Shown here piece after piece: positions 60,627-64,000 of a stretch of 64,000 nucleotides of DNA. Source of the stretch: Podarcis pityusensis. Lineage: Eukaryota. Location: assembly GCA_964106645.2 (NCBI GenBank), contig OZ067043.1. One strand, 5' to 3'. The translations under genes and the position numbers were made by a program. The stretch's first letter is position 1. Each line of letters begins with the position of its first letter. The notes beneath the pieces are model-generated. The model had not been told where the DNA came from, did not search any database, and was given only the letters and a program-made list of their open reading frames with translations.

Positions 60627-60971
60627 CAGGGATTCCCAAATTCACCTGGGGACTGAGCTTCATTCAGGTGGTCCACAGTGTGTTTGTGGATTTGTGGTTG
60701 AATGTGGGGGTCTGCACATCCATTTCATTAAATAGTCATACTGATCTTTAATTGTATTTTAATTGCTTCTTTTATTTATTACATTCTATGGAAATCAAAT
60801 TGTAATACAATATGTAAAATCAAAGATGCAATTAAAATACAATTAAAATCATGCAGCATATATCATAATGCAATACAATTACCACAACCAACAGAAAAGT
60901 TGGTAAGTGGTCCTCCAAGACCTTCAGCAATTTCCAAATGGCCCATGTGGGGGAAAGCATGGGAACCACTG
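60627..60971 (-). mobile_element. hAT MITE
   Basis: TIRs CAGGGATTCCCA / TGGGAACCACTG; perfect 8-bp TSD GCTTATTG (60619-60626, 60972-60979). Confidence 0.85.
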
Positions 60972-63900
60972 GCTTATTGGTTTCTGTGGGATTACAGGAC
61001 AGAAACTAGCTAGTTTGCATTCTCTGCTGGTAGCCTTTCAGAGAATACAGAGCAGGTGACAGATGACTTGGCAGCTGTTTCACTTGCCTGGTTGCAAATG
61101 TGTGTTCCACTCTATATGCCCCATCATACACACATTTTTAGGTTTGTGCGTAAACTGTTTTAAATGTACATTAAGGTGGTTTGGCTTGTGGCAATATCCT
61201 TATTGAAATCATATATTACTTGGAAGTAAAATGCTACAAGTATTGTCAGTAATGTGTTGCAAGGAAGGATACAGTAAACTTAAAAAAGTAGTATTGCAAT
61301 ATCAAGGTAGGTTGGGATGGAGGAAAAGTAGAAATGACATCCAAACTGAACGTTTTTGCATAAACATATTTGCTATGTGTAGCTGTATGTTTGGGTATGT
61401 ATAACATACTCAGAGAAGACTGGTTTATGTTGGTATTTGCTTCTTTCACCTACAGCCATAGCGTCTCCTACAAAGGAGTCCTTGGCATTTAAGCTTGGTG
61501 TTTTTATTCAGCGTAGTAGTATTTTAATTGTCAGATTGCACTCTGTGCTGCATTATCCATAGTTACTCTGGTGATTGATTTTTATGTATTCTTCTAAATA
61601 TATGACCTCCTCAGAACACCTTAGCAGGAGTTGATGAAAAATTAATTCAGCCTTCTACTCTATAACTCTACAAGGGGATCCATTTCTACCACTAGTTGCA
61701 CAGCTTTGAATCTGGAGCAAGAATAACTAATGCTGTATGTTCTAATTCGAAATCCTTACTGCTAAATAGCAGCAGAAAAATGTAAATGCAGCAGTGATAG
61801 GCACAGGGATTACTCCTTTAAGCGTAGTAGAAAACTTGTTCTCATGGAGGAGACTGACTAACCAGATGTCACTGGATTTGCACAGGCATAAGCTTAGCCT
61901 ATATTCGTGGTTGTTAGATGTGTATAGAGTTTGGATAAATATGCCCATTTAGTAGAACTATAAAGCAAGAGTATCCTGCTTATGGAAATTATTTGTAGTC
62001 TTAACTATTGCTGCCAATGTTGCAAAGCTGATTCTGCAATTGGGCTGTCCCTCAATGTGTTCACACTACAGTTTTTGATTAAACGTCTGCTACCGTGCCT
62101 AAATTCATGAAGAGTCATGGGTATGCTGGGATTTGAAACTGCTCAAACAATAGGCATTTAGAGGATTAATTGTAAAATAAAACCTTCTGAGTCCAAGTCA
62201 AGAAGGAGATTAAAACAGATTTCAGATTCTTTTCTGAAGGCACAGCTGGGGTTTGTATATGCAGCACAAAGCAGTTTGTTATTTTTTTCAAATAGTCACA
62301 CTGTTTTGCCTGTCGGGCACTTTGGAATCAATAATAATGCAGGAGAACATTGCCCATTGTCCATCGTTCATAACTGCAATGAGAGATGGAGCATCATTTC
62401 CTATTGTATCCCCAGCTGTAGTGAGGGAAATGGCCAGATGAGCAATATGCATGGCCAGATGCATTGACTGTGCAGCTAATAAGCATCTCTGTAAACTGAA
62501 CTTTGAAGTAATAAACATTCAGCTTCCTCTTCAATGTAACCTCTGACAAATTTCCCATATGGAAGGCTAGTTGCATGCTTCTAAACAAAAGTGATCTATA
62601 TGTTTTACCTGGTCTGTGAAAGAGTGGTCTGTATCTGGAAAGCAGAGAAGCCTGTCATTGAGGTGAAATCTCCCATCACGGTTCCACTGCTTCAGCTTCT
62701 TGAATAATACAGGGTATTGTACTTCTAAAGCAAATACACTCAAACATACATACCCTATGAAGTGCCATTTTTGGATGAAACACTGAAGTCGCTGTGCGAG
62801 AATGAGAATAACAGAAAATGAGAGGAGGAAACGGATTTCAGTTCAGCCGTCGTATTAAGTGTTGAATGAGATTAGCAGCATGGATGTGTGTTCTCATCGA
62901 CACTGCGATGCAGACACCAATGAGCATCCTGAAATCAGAAACATGAAATGTGGATAGCAATGTCTTGCTTCCATCTGAATGAGCATTTGCATCAGGTTGC
63001 ACACACAGCCTGCTGCGATGGGACAGAAGTTCCAAAATTTGTATCTACAATATATTGCAAACATGAAATGCTAATAATATTACACTATATAGGCAGGTTG
63101 AAGGAGCCCAGTAATAACAGCAGTATTAAAAGTGAAAAAGGCACCCCCCCACACACACTAGAAAAGTAGGAATGAAAAAAAAGACCTTGTCAAGTGAATT
63201 CAAAGACATTATTAAGTAGATAGCTTAAACAGACATGTTTAAGACATGTTTAAAATAGAAAGACCACTCACAAGTGAAAATGTAATTCATCAGAGACTCA
63301 ATACATTTCTACTTAACTAAAGAACTATTTTGCAGATGAGAGACTCTTAACTTAAGTTACATTCATGCCAAAGCTATGAAGGCAATGAAAACATTGCTGA
63401 ACTAGGTTGTATACTAGCCACAAATCTCTTCCCACCCCTTCTAGTTAGCAAATATAATAGTTACCTACCAATATTGTGGCTTGTAAGACCAGCTTTTTAG
63501 AAAGTCTGAATAGTTTAGCATTGTGCTAAACTGGTTTTTGAAAATGAAATTTGAGCAACATTTGTTTACATGTGCGGCAACAAATCGGAGAATCTAAAAT
63601 GAGACAGCAACATTGAAAAACGCAAGTGAAATATGGAATTCAACTTAGTTTATTGTGTGATGATTATATCACTTAAGGAATAAACCCAGGCTAGGAAGTG
63701 TTAGAAAATAATAGCATTTCTTGATCTTAAGTAGTACATGAAGTTCTGGTCAGCTTAACTCAACTGTATGAAACTGCAAACTACAGATCAGGGAGTTACT
63801 GATCTGGAAAGCTTAGGCGGTAAGAGTTAAGAAAACTTAGTGGAAAACTTCTTTTAAAAACCCCTTTCATACAATCAAAGTTCCTTAGCATTCAACAAGC

Positions 63901-64000
63901 TCATGGCAAAGGAAGTAAGTGGTTCATGACACCATAAACTTGCCGTATTGGCAGTTGTGGGGGTGGGGGGAGCGTAGAAAGCCACTAAAGATGCTCATTC

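Noticed and set aside
1-64000. CRISPR arrays, prokaryotic operons, rRNA or a novel multi-gene system
   Set aside because: Eukaryotic intron-exon DNA explained by known conserved genes and repeats; no repeat-spacer arrays or rRNA-like sequence seen

Overview
Vertebrate genomic DNA, almost certainly a squamate and probably a lacertid lizard (full-length Sauria SINE, Squam3-type SINEs with (CTT)n tails, BovB LINE). The window covers the conserved RBM39-ROMO1-NFS1-RBM12/CPNE1 block (human 20q11.22 synteny). It contains the last 14 coding exons of RBM39 (+, 3119-18670; upstream exons lie outside the window), complete ROMO1 (-, 79 aa) and complete 13-exon NFS1 (+, 441 aa) sharing a compact bidirectional CpG promoter, and the RBM12/CPNE1 CpG promoter with a shared non-coding exon. 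The single-exon RBM12 ORF follows, with its true start hidden in a 179-N gap. The rest is probably the long CPNE1 intron; no CPNE1 coding exon was found. Introns carry many hAT and Tc1/mariner MITEs, SINEs and L2/CR1/BovB fragments. I found no wholly new multi-gene system. The best leads are regulatory: candidate poison exons in RBM39 intron 3, a GC-AG intron in NFS1 half filled by a hairpin MITE, an acceptor/8-nt microexon signal in the RBM12/CPNE1 promoter, a TEAD-motif-rich hAT element, a hAT element nested in BovB, and a tandem p53-type site. Exon numbers follow the human orthologues from memory; repeat family names are by eye, not from a database search.
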